Of a stretch of 64,000 nucleotides of DNA, positions 36,315-45,578 are shown piece after piece. The translations under genes were made by a program, and so were the position numbers. Below the pieces are notes generated by a model, which searched no databases, was not told the DNA's origin, and saw nothing but the letters and a program-made list of their open reading frames with translations. The DNA is taken from the NCBI GenBank assembly GCA_021162685.1, contig JAGGYF010000028.1:4699-68698 (forward strand), given 5' to 3'. Origin of the DNA: Candidatus Iainarchaeum sp. (GTDB lineage: Archaea; B1Sed10-29; WALL01). Position 1 is the stretch's first letter; each line of letters starts with the position of its first letter.

Positions 36315-36433
36315 GCGGGGGTGCCGGAGCCTCCCTCGTGCCTTCATTGGCACGAAGGCTCAAGTGGTCAAACGGGCAGGATTGAGGGTCCTGTGGCTTA
36401 GTGCCTGCGCGAGTTCGAAGCTCGTCCCCCGCA
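36315..36433 (+). tRNA. tRNA-Leu (anticodon GAG) with a roughly 30-35 nt intron in the D-loop (non-canonical position)
   Basis: Acceptor GCGGGGG/CCCCCGC, anticodon stem CAGGA/UCCUG with loop UUGAGGG, long variable arm, T-arm GCGAG-UUCGAAG-CUCGU, discriminator A; the extra segment containing hairpin CCCUCGUGCC-UUCAUU-GGCACGAAGG lies between D-stem strands at about 36330-36361. Confidence 0.75.
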
Positions 36434-36662
36434 CTGACCAAATTACATATGGTCGTTCGTGGTGGGATACAAGATCCCACTTACAGCAGGAGGGGGTGTG
36501 GAATCCGAGGGTTTCCAGGGGGAACCTGGGTTCCCCATAAAGGACGCTCTGACCAAATTACATATGGTCGTTCGTGGTGTGGCATAAAGCCACACTATTA
36601 GAGGGGGATGTGCCCCCATAAAGGACGCTCTTCGAAGCTCGTCCCCCGCACTGACCAAATTA
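36434..36662 (+). repeat. tRNA-Leu-proximal repeat array: two tandem units (C-element + GC hairpin + ATAAAGGACGCTCT) ending in a 32-nt duplicate of the tRNA-Leu 3' end
   Basis: Unit A 36434-36550, unit B 36551-36631; C-elements at 36438-36480 and 36553-36603; ATAAAGGACGCTCT at 36537-36550 and 36618-36631; TTCGAAGCTCGTCCCCCGCACTGACCAAATTA at 36414-36445 and 36631-36662. Confidence 0.7.
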
Positions 36663-36709
36663 AACAACCTAGAAAATCCGAGTCCGAAAGGGCGTAAGGA
36701 GGTATTGGG

Positions 36710-37006
36710 ATGATATCAAAAAAGATTGCGAAGACAAAACTTGGAAAGGAAATAAAGAAACGCATGGAAAAGAGCAGAAAGAACAAGGCAGAAGTAAACA
36801 TAGGTAAGATTGCGAAGTATACAAAAAAAGGCGATAAGGTTGTGGTCGTTGGAAAGGTCCTGGGCATGGGTAGTATAAGTCATGCTGTAACTGTTGCTGC
36901 TCTAGCCTTTTCAAAATCTGCAAAAGAAAAGATAGAGAAGGCAGGGGGAAAAGCGATCCGTATACATGAACTTGAAGAAACAAAGGGAGTTAAATTGATG
37001 GCATGA
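36710..37006 (+). CDS. rpl18e: 50S ribosomal protein L18e
   Basis: L18e family; conserved position before L13. Confidence 0.85.
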   Translation: MISKKIAKTKLGKEIKKRMEKSRKNKAEVNIGKIAKYTKKGDKVVVVGKVLGMGSISHAVTVAALAFSKSAKEKIEKAGGKAIRIHELEETKGVKLMA

Positions 37007-37015
37007 GGTGTTGTT

Positions 37016-37453
37016 ATGAAGGTCATAGATGCAGACGGGCTTGTGCTTGGAAGGCTTGCAAGTAATGTTGCTAAGATGCTGCTCAATGGAGAAAAGGTTG
37101 TTATAGTGAACGCAGAAAAGGCAGTGATCACTGGAAGGAGAGATGATATATTTGAGAAATATAAGCAACGCATTGACAGAGCAGATAGAGCAAATCCCAG
37201 GAGAGGGCCAAAGTTTCCAAAGGTTCCAGATAGGCTTGTAAAGAGAACAATAAGGGGAATGGTTGGATATAGAACAAAACGTGGAAAAAGAGCATTAAGG
37301 GCATTGAAGGTGTATATAGGTGTACCAAAAGAGTTTGATGGTAAAGCAGAGGACATCAAAAATATAAAAAAGGCTGGTAAGGATGTTAGAGGCATTCGCG
37401 TTGGAGAATTATGTAAGATGCTTGGATGGAAAAACCCATTAGGAGGAAGATAG
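37016..37453 (+). CDS. rpl13: 50S ribosomal protein L13
   Basis: VIDADGLVLGRLAS N-terminus typical of L13. Confidence 0.9.
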   Translation: MKVIDADGLVLGRLASNVAKMLLNGEKVVIVNAEKAVITGRRDDIFEKYKQRIDRADRANPRRGPKFPKVPDRLVKRTIRGMVGYRTKRGKRALRALKVYIGVPKEFDGKAEDIKNIKKAGKDVRGIRVGELCKMLGWKNPLGGR

Positions 37454-37454
37454 G

Positions 37455-37880
37455 ATGGCGAGAAAGAAAGCAGATATACTGACAAAAGCAAAGAAAAAAA
37501 CAGCAATAGCAAGAGCTGTGATAAAAAAGGGTACAGGAAATATACGAATTAATTCAAAATCCATTGACACAATAACTGATGAGATGGTCAGAGATGAGAT
37601 AATGATTCCTTTTAAGATTGCATCAAATATATTGGGCGAAGGGTTTGAGGATAACATTGATATTTATGTTAACGTCAGAGGCGGAGGAGTAATGGGGAGA
37701 GCAGAAGCAGTAAAATCAGCAATAGCAAGAGCAATAGTAAAATACACAAATAATGATAAGTTGAAGGATGCATTCCTTTCGTATGACAGGCATCTTCTCG
37801 TAGATGATGTAAGGAGGAAGGAGCCAAAGAAGGCGTTAAGGAAAGGAGCAAGGGCAAAATATCAGAAGAGTTATAGGTGA
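37455..37880 (+). CDS. rps9: 30S ribosomal protein S9
   Basis: S9 family ([19 protein letters not shown]...KYQKSYR). Confidence 0.9.
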   Translation: MARKKADILTKAKKKTAIARAVIKKGTGNIRINSKSIDTITDEMVRDEIMIPFKIASNILGEGFEDNIDIYVNVRGGGVMGRAEAVKSAIARAIVKYTNNDKLKDAFLSYDRHLLVDDVRRKEPKKALRKGARAKYQKSYR

Positions 37881-37884
37881 TGTT

Positions 37885-38079
37885 ATGCATATACCAGTAA
37901 GATGTTTTACATGTGGAAAATTGATAGGACATAAATGGGAAGAATTTAAGAAAAGAGTTGATAAAGGGGAGGATCCAGAGAAGGTGTTGGATAGTCTTGG
38001 ATTTGATAGATACTGCTGCAGAAGAATGTTCATAAGCCATGTTGAGGTGATGGATGAGATAAAGAAATACCCAAGATAA
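37885..38079 (+). CDS. rpoN: DNA-directed RNA polymerase subunit N (Rpb10)
   Basis: [10 protein letters not shown]...RYCCRRM zinc-bundle signature. Confidence 0.9.
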   Translation: MHIPVRCFTCGKLIGHKWEEFKKRVDKGEDPEKVLDSLGFDRYCCRRMFISHVEVMDEIKKYPR

Positions 38080-38107
38080 CATCCCTCCCCCTTCGGATCA
38101 ATGAGAA

Positions 38108-38180
38108 GGGGCCGTAGGGTAGCTTGGTATCCTACCAGCTTGGGGTGCTGGCAACCCGAGTTCAAATCTCGGCGGCCCCA
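38108..38180 (+). tRNA. tRNA-Pro (anticodon GGG)
   Basis: Acceptor GGGGCCG/CGGCCCC, anticodon stem CCAGC/GCUGG with loop UUGGGGU, T-arm CCGAG-UUCAAAU-CUCGG, discriminator A; followed by a T-tract (TTGTTTTTTG) terminator; the D-arm register is uncertain by 1 nt. Confidence 0.8.
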
Positions 38181-38248
38181 CTGGTATTTCATGCTAATCT
38201 CCCTGGTTTGTTTTTTGAAAGCGATGGGGAGTTAAAAGAGGTGTAAAA

Positions 38249-38932
38249 ATGCCTGAAACCAAAAAGAAAAAAGTGATGAAAAAGAAAATTACAAAAAAAA
38301 TAGTGAAAAAAACTGAAGGTGAGGAAAAGCCACAGGAAGAATATCTTGTGCCAATAGATGAATATCTGAAAGCAGGTATACACATAGGTTCGCAATACAA
38401 AACAGGTGATATGCGGCCATACATATACAAGACAAGGCAAGATGGGCTTCATGTTCTTGATATAAAAACAATTGACAAAAGGATCAGACTTGCTGCAAAC
38501 TTCTTGGCAAACTATGAACCATCAAAGATACTTGTTGTTGCTGGAAGGGTATACGCAAGAACACCCGCAAGAAGATTTGCTGAGAATGTTGGGTGCTTAC
38601 TATCAACAAAGCGCTTTGTCCCAGGTACATTGACAAATCCGAATAATCCAAACTTTGTTGAGCCAGATGTTGTTCTTGTCTCAGACCCTGGCGTGGATAG
38701 ACAGGTTATAAGAGAGGCAAAGAAAGTCAGGATCCCTGTTGTTGCATTTTGCGACACAAACAACTTATTAAAAAACATTGACTTCTGCGTACCATTGAAT
38801 AATAAGGGGAAGAAGGCGCTTGCGCTTGCGTACTGGCTTCTAGCAAGGGAACTCATGCTGAAGAAAGGGATAATATCCAACAGAACCGATTTCAGGGAGA
38901 CATTAGAGTCATTTGAGGCATCAGGTAAGTAA
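38249..38932 (+). CDS. rps2: 30S ribosomal protein S2
   Basis: S2 family (LLKAGIHIGSQ...); Lys-rich N-terminal extension of about 30 aa. Confidence 0.9.
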   Translation: MPETKKKKVMKKKITKKIVKKTEGEEKPQEEYLVPIDEYLKAGIHIGSQYKTGDMRPYIYKTRQDGLHVLDIKTIDKRIRLAANFLANYEPSKILVVAGRVYARTPARRFAENVGCLLSTKRFVPGTLTNPNNPNFVEPDVVLVSDPGVDRQVIREAKKVRIPVVAFCDTNNLLKNIDFCVPLNNKGKKALALAYWLLARELMLKKGIISNRTDFRETLESFEASGK

Positions 38933-38933
38933 C

Positions 38934-39701
38934 ATGCGAAGAGAACCTGTTGTTGCAGGCCAGTTCTATCCTTTTTCAGAGGACGCATTGAGAAAGATGA
39001 TTGAAGAGTATGTAAGCCAAGGTGAACCAGAAAAGGATGTAATTGCTGCTGTTTCTCCACATGCTGGATACATGTATTCTGGTCCTGTTGCTGGTTTCAC
39101 ATATGCGGCAATCTCAGAAATGAAACCAAAGGTTATAGCCATTATTGGCCCGGACCACACTGGCGCAGCGATGAACAGAACATATTGCTATCCAGATGGG
39201 GAATGGGAAACTCCACTGGGAGTGGTAGAAACTGTTGCGATGGATGGTATTGAAGTAAATGAGAACGCACATGCATTTGAACATTCTATTGAGGTGCAAG
39301 TACCATTCCTGCAGTATATATACAAACACAACTTCAAGATCTCTCCGATTATTATGGGCAACCAAAGCTTGGATGAAGCATTACTTGTTGGAGAGAGAAT
39401 AAGGGCAGACCTTGTTATAGCATCGTCTGATTTCTCACATTATGTTCCGTACGACACAGCAGTGAAAAACGACTTATACGCAATAGAAGCAGTTGAAAGA
39501 ATGGATGAAAAATTGTTTTACGAGCGCATATATGAAAAGAATGTTACAGCATGTGGATATGGTCCTATAACTGCTGCAATGCATTACGCAAAATTAAACA
39601 GGGCAAAACAGGGCAAACTTCTGAAGTATGCAACATCTGGTGATGTAACAGGGGACAAAGGAGCAGTTGTGGGATATGCATCCATAATATTCAAAAGATG
39701 A
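38934..39701 (+). CDS. MEMO1-family protein (AmmeMemoRadiSam system protein B-like)
   Basis: VVAGQFYP N-terminal motif and His/Asp ligands typical of Memo1; conserved S2-Memo-MVK neighbourhood in archaea. Confidence 0.8.
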   Translation: MRREPVVAGQFYPFSEDALRKMIEEYVSQGEPEKDVIAAVSPHAGYMYSGPVAGFTYAAISEMKPKVIAIIGPDHTGAAMNRTYCYPDGEWETPLGVVETVAMDGIEVNENAHAFEHSIEVQVPFLQYIYKHNFKISPIIMGNQSLDEALLVGERIRADLVIASSDFSHYVPYDTAVKNDLYAIEAVERMDEKLFYERIYEKNVTACGYGPITAAMHYAKLNRAKQGKLLKYATSGDVTGDKGAVVGYASIIFKR

Positions 39702-39751
39702 AAATGTGTTGATTGTCGTAATCATGTTTTTATATCAGCGAGGTTATAAAG

Positions 39752-40705
39752 ATGAAAATGCGAGATTTTATGGCCTCTGCGCCTGGAAAAGTGATATTGC
39801 TTGGAGAGCATGCTGTTGTCTATAATAGACCTGCTATAGCTGTGCCTGTAAATGCGGTGGAAGCAACATCAGAGGTTTCATATAGAGAGGGTGGCGTTTT
39901 TGTAAAGGCTCTGGACTTTGCTAAGGAGTATGATATTACAAAGAGGCCATTGAAAGAGGGAGATGATGGATTCGCATTGCAGGAGACAGTATACCACACA
40001 TATGAATACTTACAGAAAAGGCCAGAGGACGTAGAGATAAGGGTTACATCAACCATACCCGTTGCCGCAGGCATGGGTTCTGGTGCTGCTATTGCTGTTT
40101 CAATGATCAGAGCAATTGCTGGATATCTGAAGAAGGAACTATTACCAGAGGAGGTCAATTATCTTGCGTATAAAACAGAGATCATACACCATGGTACTCC
40201 ATCGGGTATTGACAATACAGTAATCACATACAATAAACCCGTATATTTCATAAGCGAACCTAGGAAGATGGAACGATTGGACATAGCAAAACCATTTATG
40301 CTTGTTATTGGTGATACGGGAATAAGATCAAATACAAAAGAAGTTGTTGCAATGGTGAGAGAGAACAGAAAAAAGAATTACAGCAAATATAAACAGATAT
40401 GGAATGAGATCGCAGATATAGTTAATGAAGCAAGGGATGCGATCATAAATGGAGACATAGAACATATCGGTCCACTAATGAACAGGAATCATGAACTACT
40501 AAAACAAATACATGTTTCCTGTGATGAGCTGGATAAACTTGTAGATGCTGCATTAGATGCTGGAGCAATAGGTGCAAAACTTTCTGGCGCTGGAAGAGGA
40601 GGAGATATGATTGCACTGGTGAATGAAGGCACAAAAGAAGATGTGGCAAATGCCCTGCGTAGAGCAGGGGCAAAAAATGTAATTATCACAGAGGTAAAAC
40701 CATGA
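39752..40705 (+). CDS. mvk: mevalonate kinase
   Basis: GHMP kinase motifs (PGKVILLGEHAVV, PVAAGMGSGAAIAVS). Confidence 0.85.
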   Translation: MKMRDFMASAPGKVILLGEHAVVYNRPAIAVPVNAVEATSEVSYREGGVFVKALDFAKEYDITKRPLKEGDDGFALQETVYHTYEYLQKRPEDVEIRVTSTIPVAAGMGSGAAIAVSMIRAIAGYLKKELLPEEVNYLAYKTEIIHHGTPSGIDNTVITYNKPVYFISEPRKMERLDIAKPFMLVIGDTGIRSNTKEVVAMVRENRKKNYSKYKQIWNEIADIVNEARDAIINGDIEHIGPLMNRNHELLKQIHVSCDELDKLVDAALDAGAIGAKLSGAGRGGDMIALVNEGTKEDVANALRRAGAKNVIITEVKP

Positions 40706-41256
40706 GGATTATTGTGGGAATTACAGGTGCATCTGGAAGCATTATAGGAAAGAGGATACTTGAAGTGCTAAAAGAAAAAGATATTGAAACACATTTGGTT
40801 ATAACAGATGCTGGAAAAACCACCATGAGTTATGAAATCGGTGATGTCAGAACAGTGGAGGAACTAGCAACAAAGACCTATGATATAAATGATATAGGCG
40901 CTGCTATTGCAAGTGGTTCATTTGAAACTCAGGGTATGATTGTTGCTCCATGCTCAATGAAAACAATGTCTGCAATAGCAAATGGCTTTGAAATAAACCT
41001 TCTGGTAAGGGCAGCAGATGCCTGCCTAAAACAGAGGAGGAGACTGATTCTCGTACCAAGGGAAACACCAATAATAAAAAGTTATGCAGAGAACATGGTA
41101 AAATGCCTTGAACTAGGAGCCATAGTTGTTCCGCCTATGGTACCATATTACGAAAAGCCTAAGACTGTTGACGAGATAACAGATTTCTTTGTGGGGAGAG
41201 TATTGGACTTCTTTGGGATTGAACATAGCTTATACAAAAAATGGGGTGGACTATGA
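40702..41256 (+). CDS. ubiX: UbiX-family flavin prenyltransferase
   Basis: Flavoprotein fold (IIVGITGASGSIIG..., VAPCSMKTMSAIANG). Confidence 0.85.
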   Translation: MRIIVGITGASGSIIGKRILEVLKEKDIETHLVITDAGKTTMSYEIGDVRTVEELATKTYDINDIGAAIASGSFETQGMIVAPCSMKTMSAIANGFEINLLVRAADACLKQRRRLILVPRETPIIKSYAENMVKCLELGAIVVPPMVPYYEKPKTVDEITDFFVGRVLDFFGIEHSLYKKWGGL

Positions 41257-41888
41257 AAGCCATTGTATTTGACATAGATGGTGTGCTTGTGGATACTGTA
41301 GGCAGCTTCTATACTGCATACAATGAAGCTATGAAAAGTGTTGGGAGTTACATTACAGAAAAGGAGTACCTTGATAGGGTTCACCTGCAAGGCTATAAAA
41401 TATTTGAAGAGATTCTGAAGATTAGAGGGATTGAAGCAGATGCAAAAGAGTTGAATCATTTGAAAAATAAGATTGTCAATAATATGCTTAAGAATGCAAA
41501 ACTGAAAAAAGGTGTTAATGAAATATTGAAAATGTTGAGTGAAAACAATATTAAGTATTGTATTGCAACAGCATCAGAACGTGAACAAACTGAAATCATA
41601 TTAAATGCTGTTGGCATTTCACATCTATTTCCCATAGTTGTGACTGCAAGTGATACTGAAGATGATGATGTAAAACCAAATATATATTACATTGCAGCAG
41701 ATAGACTTAAAGAACCAATAGAAAATTGCGTATTGGTTGAGGATTCACTGCATAATATCAAAGTGGGAAAATCTATAGGCATGGGCTGCATTGGTGTCAT
41801 TGGCAAATATTCAAAAGAAGGACTAAAAGAGGCTGCAGACTATGTTGTAGGACATGTTGGAGAGATAAAAACGGAGTGGTTAAGATGA
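41253..41888 (+). CDS. HAD-superfamily hydrolase (subfamily IA-like)
   Basis: Motif I VFDIDGVLVDT; ATGA overlap with the ubiX stop. Confidence 0.7.
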   Translation: MKAIVFDIDGVLVDTVGSFYTAYNEAMKSVGSYITEKEYLDRVHLQGYKIFEEILKIRGIEADAKELNHLKNKIVNNMLKNAKLKKGVNEILKMLSENNIKYCIATASEREQTEIILNAVGISHLFPIVVTASDTEDDDVKPNIYYIAADRLKEPIENCVLVEDSLHNIKVGKSIGMGCIGVIGKYSKEGLKEAADYVVGHVGEIKTEWLR

Positions 41889-43093
41889 ACCTAACAAAAG
41901 AAGAACAGAAAATGCTTGATGGAGAATATGGAGAGGGTGTACAAAAAGCAATGGAAATCATTGTTGCCCTTGGGAAGATTTATGGCGCTGAAAATTTGGT
42001 AGAAGTTGCATCAGTCCAAGTGGCAGGAGTCTCCTACAAGAATCTGGGAGATGCAGGCATTGAATTTTTAGAGGAGTGGGCATCAAAGGGGGCCAAGGTC
42101 AAAGTGCCAACAACATTGAACCCAGCAGGCATGGACCTTGATGACTGGAAAAGCATTGGATTTGCAGAGGAATTTGCTGATAAGCAATTAGAGGTTATTA
42201 AAGCATTTAGTAAAATGGGTATCCCACCGACATGCACATGCACGCCATATCTTGCTGGTAATATCCCAAAATTTGGCGACCATATCGCATGGGCTGAGAG
42301 TTCTGCTGTCTCATTTGCAAACTCTGTCATAGGTGCTAGAACAAATAGAGAAGGAGGACCATCTGCTATTGCAGCAGCAGTAACAGGAAGAACAGCAAAT
42401 TTTGGGTATCATCTTGATGAAAACAGGGTGGCAACATTTAAGATCATTGTTGAAGCAGACATGAAAGATACAAGTGATTTTGGTGCATTGGGGTACTGGA
42501 CAGGAAAACAATTGCGTAATAAAGTGCCTTTCTTTGTTGGTATAAAACACGCTACTACTGATTGCCTAAAATCGCTTGGCGCTGCCTCTGCTGCTAGTGG
42601 AGGTATTGCTCTGTACCATATTGAAAATATAACAGCTGAAGCAAGAGCAAAAGCAATGCTCAGCGATGACCATGAAACAGTCACATTTACAGATAAAGAG
42701 AAAAGAGATGTATTTGAAGCCATTGGCTTTTCTGAATCAGAAATAGACCTTGTTGTCTTTGGGTGCCCACATGCAAGTCTTGAAGAAGTGAGAACAATCG
42801 CAGAACGTGTAAAAGGAAAAAAACTCAAAGCAATGTTATGGATAACAACTTCAAAGCAAGTAAAATCTATGGCTGAGAGGATGGGTCTTGTAAAGGATAT
42901 AGAGGACGCTGGGGGTTATATCATAGCTGACATGTGCGCTGTTGTTGCTCCGGTAAAGTCGTTTGGGTTCAAGAACATAGCTGTAAATTCCGGAAAATAT
43001 GCGTGGTATCTTCCAAACCAAGGCTTTAATGTAAGGTTTGGCTCAACAGAAAAGTGCATAGAAGCAGCAATAACAGGAAGGTGGGAACCATGA
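41885..43093 (+). CDS. aconitase X large subunit (DUF521), putative phosphomevalonate dehydratase large subunit
   Basis: AcnX catalytic-domain family; paired with the DUF126 swivel subunit downstream. Confidence 0.8.
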   Translation: MNLTKEEQKMLDGEYGEGVQKAMEIIVALGKIYGAENLVEVASVQVAGVSYKNLGDAGIEFLEEWASKGAKVKVPTTLNPAGMDLDDWKSIGFAEEFADKQLEVIKAFSKMGIPPTCTCTPYLAGNIPKFGDHIAWAESSAVSFANSVIGARTNREGGPSAIAAAVTGRTANFGYHLDENRVATFKIIVEADMKDTSDFGALGYWTGKQLRNKVPFFVGIKHATTDCLKSLGAASAASGGIALYHIENITAEARAKAMLSDDHETVTFTDKEKRDVFEAIGFSESEIDLVVFGCPHASLEEVRTIAERVKGKKLKAMLWITTSKQVKSMAERMGLVKDIEDAGGYIIADMCAVVAPVKSFGFKNIAVNSGKYAWYLPNQGFNVRFGSTEKCIEAAITGRWEP

Positions 43094-43476
43094 TTGAATT
43101 GCATGGAAGAATTGTAAAGAGGGGTGCTGCAGAAGGAATCGCGCTCGTATCAAATGAACCTATTGGATTCTATGGTAATATTGACCCAGACACAGGAATC
43201 GTCATAGAAAAAGGACATCCTCTTGAAGGGCAATGTATTGCTGGAAAGGTTCTTGTTTTCCCGACAGGAAAAGGGAGTACTGTTGGTTCTTATACCATGT
43301 ACAGACTAAAGAAGAATGGAAAAGCTCCTATAGCAATAATAAATGAGGAGAGTGAACCCATAATCGCCGTTGGTGCTATAATATCAGATATACCACTAGT
43401 TGACAAGGTAGATATCTCAAAAATAAGGACAGGAGACAAGGTCAAAATTGACGGGGAGGTCGTTCGCATTGAGTGA
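43090..43476 (+). CDS. aconitase X swivel-domain small subunit (DUF126), putative phosphomevalonate dehydratase small subunit
   Basis: MIELHGRIVKRGAAEG...GKVLVFPTGKGSTVGSY matches the DUF126 pattern; ATGA overlap with the large subunit. Confidence 0.75.
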   Translation: MIELHGRIVKRGAAEGIALVSNEPIGFYGNIDPDTGIVIEKGHPLEGQCIAGKVLVFPTGKGSTVGSYTMYRLKKNGKAPIAIINEESEPIIAVGAIISDIPLVDKVDISKIRTGDKVKIDGEVVRIE

Positions 43477-43477
43477 A

Positions 43478-45055
43478 TTGGTGCTTTTGAAACTTGGTGG
43501 TTCCCTCATAACGGATAAAACAAAACCAGAGACAGCAAGGGTTGATGTAATAAGAAGGATTGCACAAGAGATAAAGAGAGCATTAACCAAGAGGGGAGAT
43601 ATAAAGTTAATTATAGGACATGGTGGTGGTTCATTTCCTCACTATCCTGCAAAGAGGTATAGAGTGAATGAGGGGATAATAAACAAGGATTCATGGAGAG
43701 GGTTTGCTGAGACAAGAGCAGCAGCATCAAAGCTGAATCAGATTGTTACAGAGATATTTCTTGAGGAAGGGCTGGATGTAGTATCACTACAACCGAGTTC
43801 ATCTGTTCTCTGTGAAAATGGGGTTATAGTGCATATGGACCTGAGGCAGATAAAATTCCTCATAGATAGACATCAGATCCCGGTAACCTATGGTGATGCT
43901 GTTTTGGACAGAGAAAAAGGATGTACAATTGTGTCAACAGAGGCACTGTTTGACTATATTGCACGAAAGCTTTTTCCAGATAGGATAATACTAGCAGGAG
44001 AGGTTGAGGGCGTCTATGATTCAGACCCGCATAAAAATCCAAATGCAAAACTTATTCCGGAGATAACAAACAAGAACTTTGAAAAAATCAAAAAGATGCT
44101 CACTGGTTCACATGGTTATGATGTAACAGGCGGCATGGCAACAAAAATAGAGAGCATGTATAACCTGTTACATATTCTCCCATCAATGAAGGTGCAGATT
44201 ATATCCGGAAAAATTCCAGGTGTTATTGAGAAAGCAATTGTTGGAAGAGAACACATCGGAACAATTATGAGATACTTGGGAAAGAGCAAGATACCTAAGA
44301 TAATTGTTGTTGAGGTTAATGGCATTATTGTAAAAAATGGCTTTAAGCCGTGGAAAGAAGCATTAACTATGATGGTAGAAAGAGGAGATATACCGCGAGA
44401 TGCATGGGAGAGAGAAATAAAGCCAATTGTTGATGGATATCTATCAAAGAAGATAGATAGAGATGAAGCAGTGAAACTTGTTATGATGGGCGTTGCAAAG
44501 GCACTGAAAGGAAAACCATACAAAGAGATAGAAGGAGTGATAAACAAAACAATGGAGAAGGTTAGGCAGAACTATGATCCATTTGTGATAGATATGCTGA
44601 AATATGCAAAGAATGAAAGAGGTTATAAGCTGGCAACAATCTCAGCAAATTTTTATGACATTGCAAAACATATTGCCAAGGATATTGGCGCAGAATATGT
44701 TTATGATACTACACTTGGCGTCAAAAACGGAAAACTTACAGGAACATTAAAGGGAGAATTCATGACATCCGTTGGAAAGTTGTGGGCAGTGAGAGACCTC
44801 ATGGAGAGAGCAAAATGTGTGAAGGAACGTATGATATACATAGGTAATAGGATATCAGATTGGAAAGCAATGAACGAATGCGGCATTAGCATACTATACA
44901 AACCAGATTTGAGTGTAAAGGCAGAAAAAACACTTGAAGAAAAGGAGTGGATTAAGGAGATACTAAAAGTCATGAGGACAAATGAGTTGAGCAACCTGAT
45001 TGTGATATCAAACAAATCAGACACAAAAAAACTGAAGGAGATCATAGATAGGTGA
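43478..45055 (+). CDS. ipk: isopentenyl phosphate kinase fused to a C-terminal degenerate HAD-IB (phosphoserine-phosphatase-like) domain
   Basis: N-terminal amino-acid-kinase fold LLKLGGSLITDK...GHGGGSF; the C-terminal 270 aa resemble HAD-IB, but motif I (DxDxT) is VEVNG and motif IV is GNRISDW; the TTG/GTG start just after the upstream stop is inferred. Confidence 0.7.
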   Translation: MVLLKLGGSLITDKTKPETARVDVIRRIAQEIKRALTKRGDIKLIIGHGGGSFPHYPAKRYRVNEGIINKDSWRGFAETRAAASKLNQIVTEIFLEEGLDVVSLQPSSSVLCENGVIVHMDLRQIKFLIDRHQIPVTYGDAVLDREKGCTIVSTEALFDYIARKLFPDRIILAGEVEGVYDSDPHKNPNAKLIPEITNKNFEKIKKMLTGSHGYDVTGGMATKIESMYNLLHILPSMKVQIISGKIPGVIEKAIVGREHIGTIMRYLGKSKIPKIIVVEVNGIIVKNGFKPWKEALTMMVERGDIPRDAWEREIKPIVDGYLSKKIDRDEAVKLVMMGVAKALKGKPYKEIEGVINKTMEKVRQNYDPFVIDMLKYAKNERGYKLATISANFYDIAKHIAKDIGAEYVYDTTLGVKNGKLTGTLKGEFMTSVGKLWAVRDLMERAKCVKERMIYIGNRISDWKAMNECGISILYKPDLSVKAEKTLEEKEWIKEILKVMRTNELSNLIVISNKSDTKKLKEIIDR

Positions 45056-45059
45056 AAGG

Positions 45060-45578
45060 ATGAAAGAAACAGAAGTTGAGATTGAAATAAAACATCTCGC
45101 ACCAGTACGGAAAAGGTTGGAATCAATAGGTGTACTTGTGGAGAAAGCATTATTTAGGGATGTGTATTTTGATAAAAAAATGTTTTTGAAAGGAGCAAGA
45201 GTAAGATTGAGAGAGAGAAAGGTCAGATATCCACATAAGAAATATGAAGCAAAATTAACACTCAAAAAACCAAGAATAAAAGGTGGTATCCAGAGGAGTG
45301 AAGAACTTGAGGTTAGATTAGATGACTTTAAGACAATGTATAAGATACTAGAAAGGTTATACGGTCCACCCTACTTTGATGAAGTACTATCTGTTGAGAG
45401 ATACAAGGTGGGCAGTTCAGTCGTGGACTTGAGAGCAGTAAAAGGTCTGTTTAAATATGTTGAGATTGAGGGGAATACTAAACAGATAAAGCGATTAGAG
45501 AAGAGACTTGGAATTGTAGGAAAGAGAATAACGGAGGGAGCATTCAAAAGAATATGTAAAATGCGGGGATTACTATGA
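45060..45578 (+). CDS. CYTH-domain (triphosphate tunnel metalloenzyme) protein
   Basis: N-terminal EVEIEIK (ExExK) motif and alternating basic and acidic beta-strands. Confidence 0.7.
   Translation: MKETEVEIEIKHLAPVRKRLESIGVLVEKALFRDVYFDKKMFLKGARVRLRERKVRYPHKKYEAKLTLKKPRIKGGIQRSEELEVRLDDFKTMYKILERLYGPPYFDEVLSVERYKVGSSVVDLRAVKGLFKYVEIEGNTKQIKRLEKRLGIVGKRITEGAFKRICKMRGLL

Noticed and set aside
36434-36662. Possible CRISPR array
   Set aside because: Only two and a half units; the units lack the identical fixed-length repeat and unique spacer organisation; the repeated portions include tRNA-derived sequence; no cas genes nearby.
36313-36667. ORFs 36313..36540, 36401..36601 and 36443..36667 overlapping tRNA-Leu and the repeat array
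   Set aside because: Their reading frames are created by the repeats and the tRNA; no start or SD context; the region is better explained as RNA or repeat DNA.
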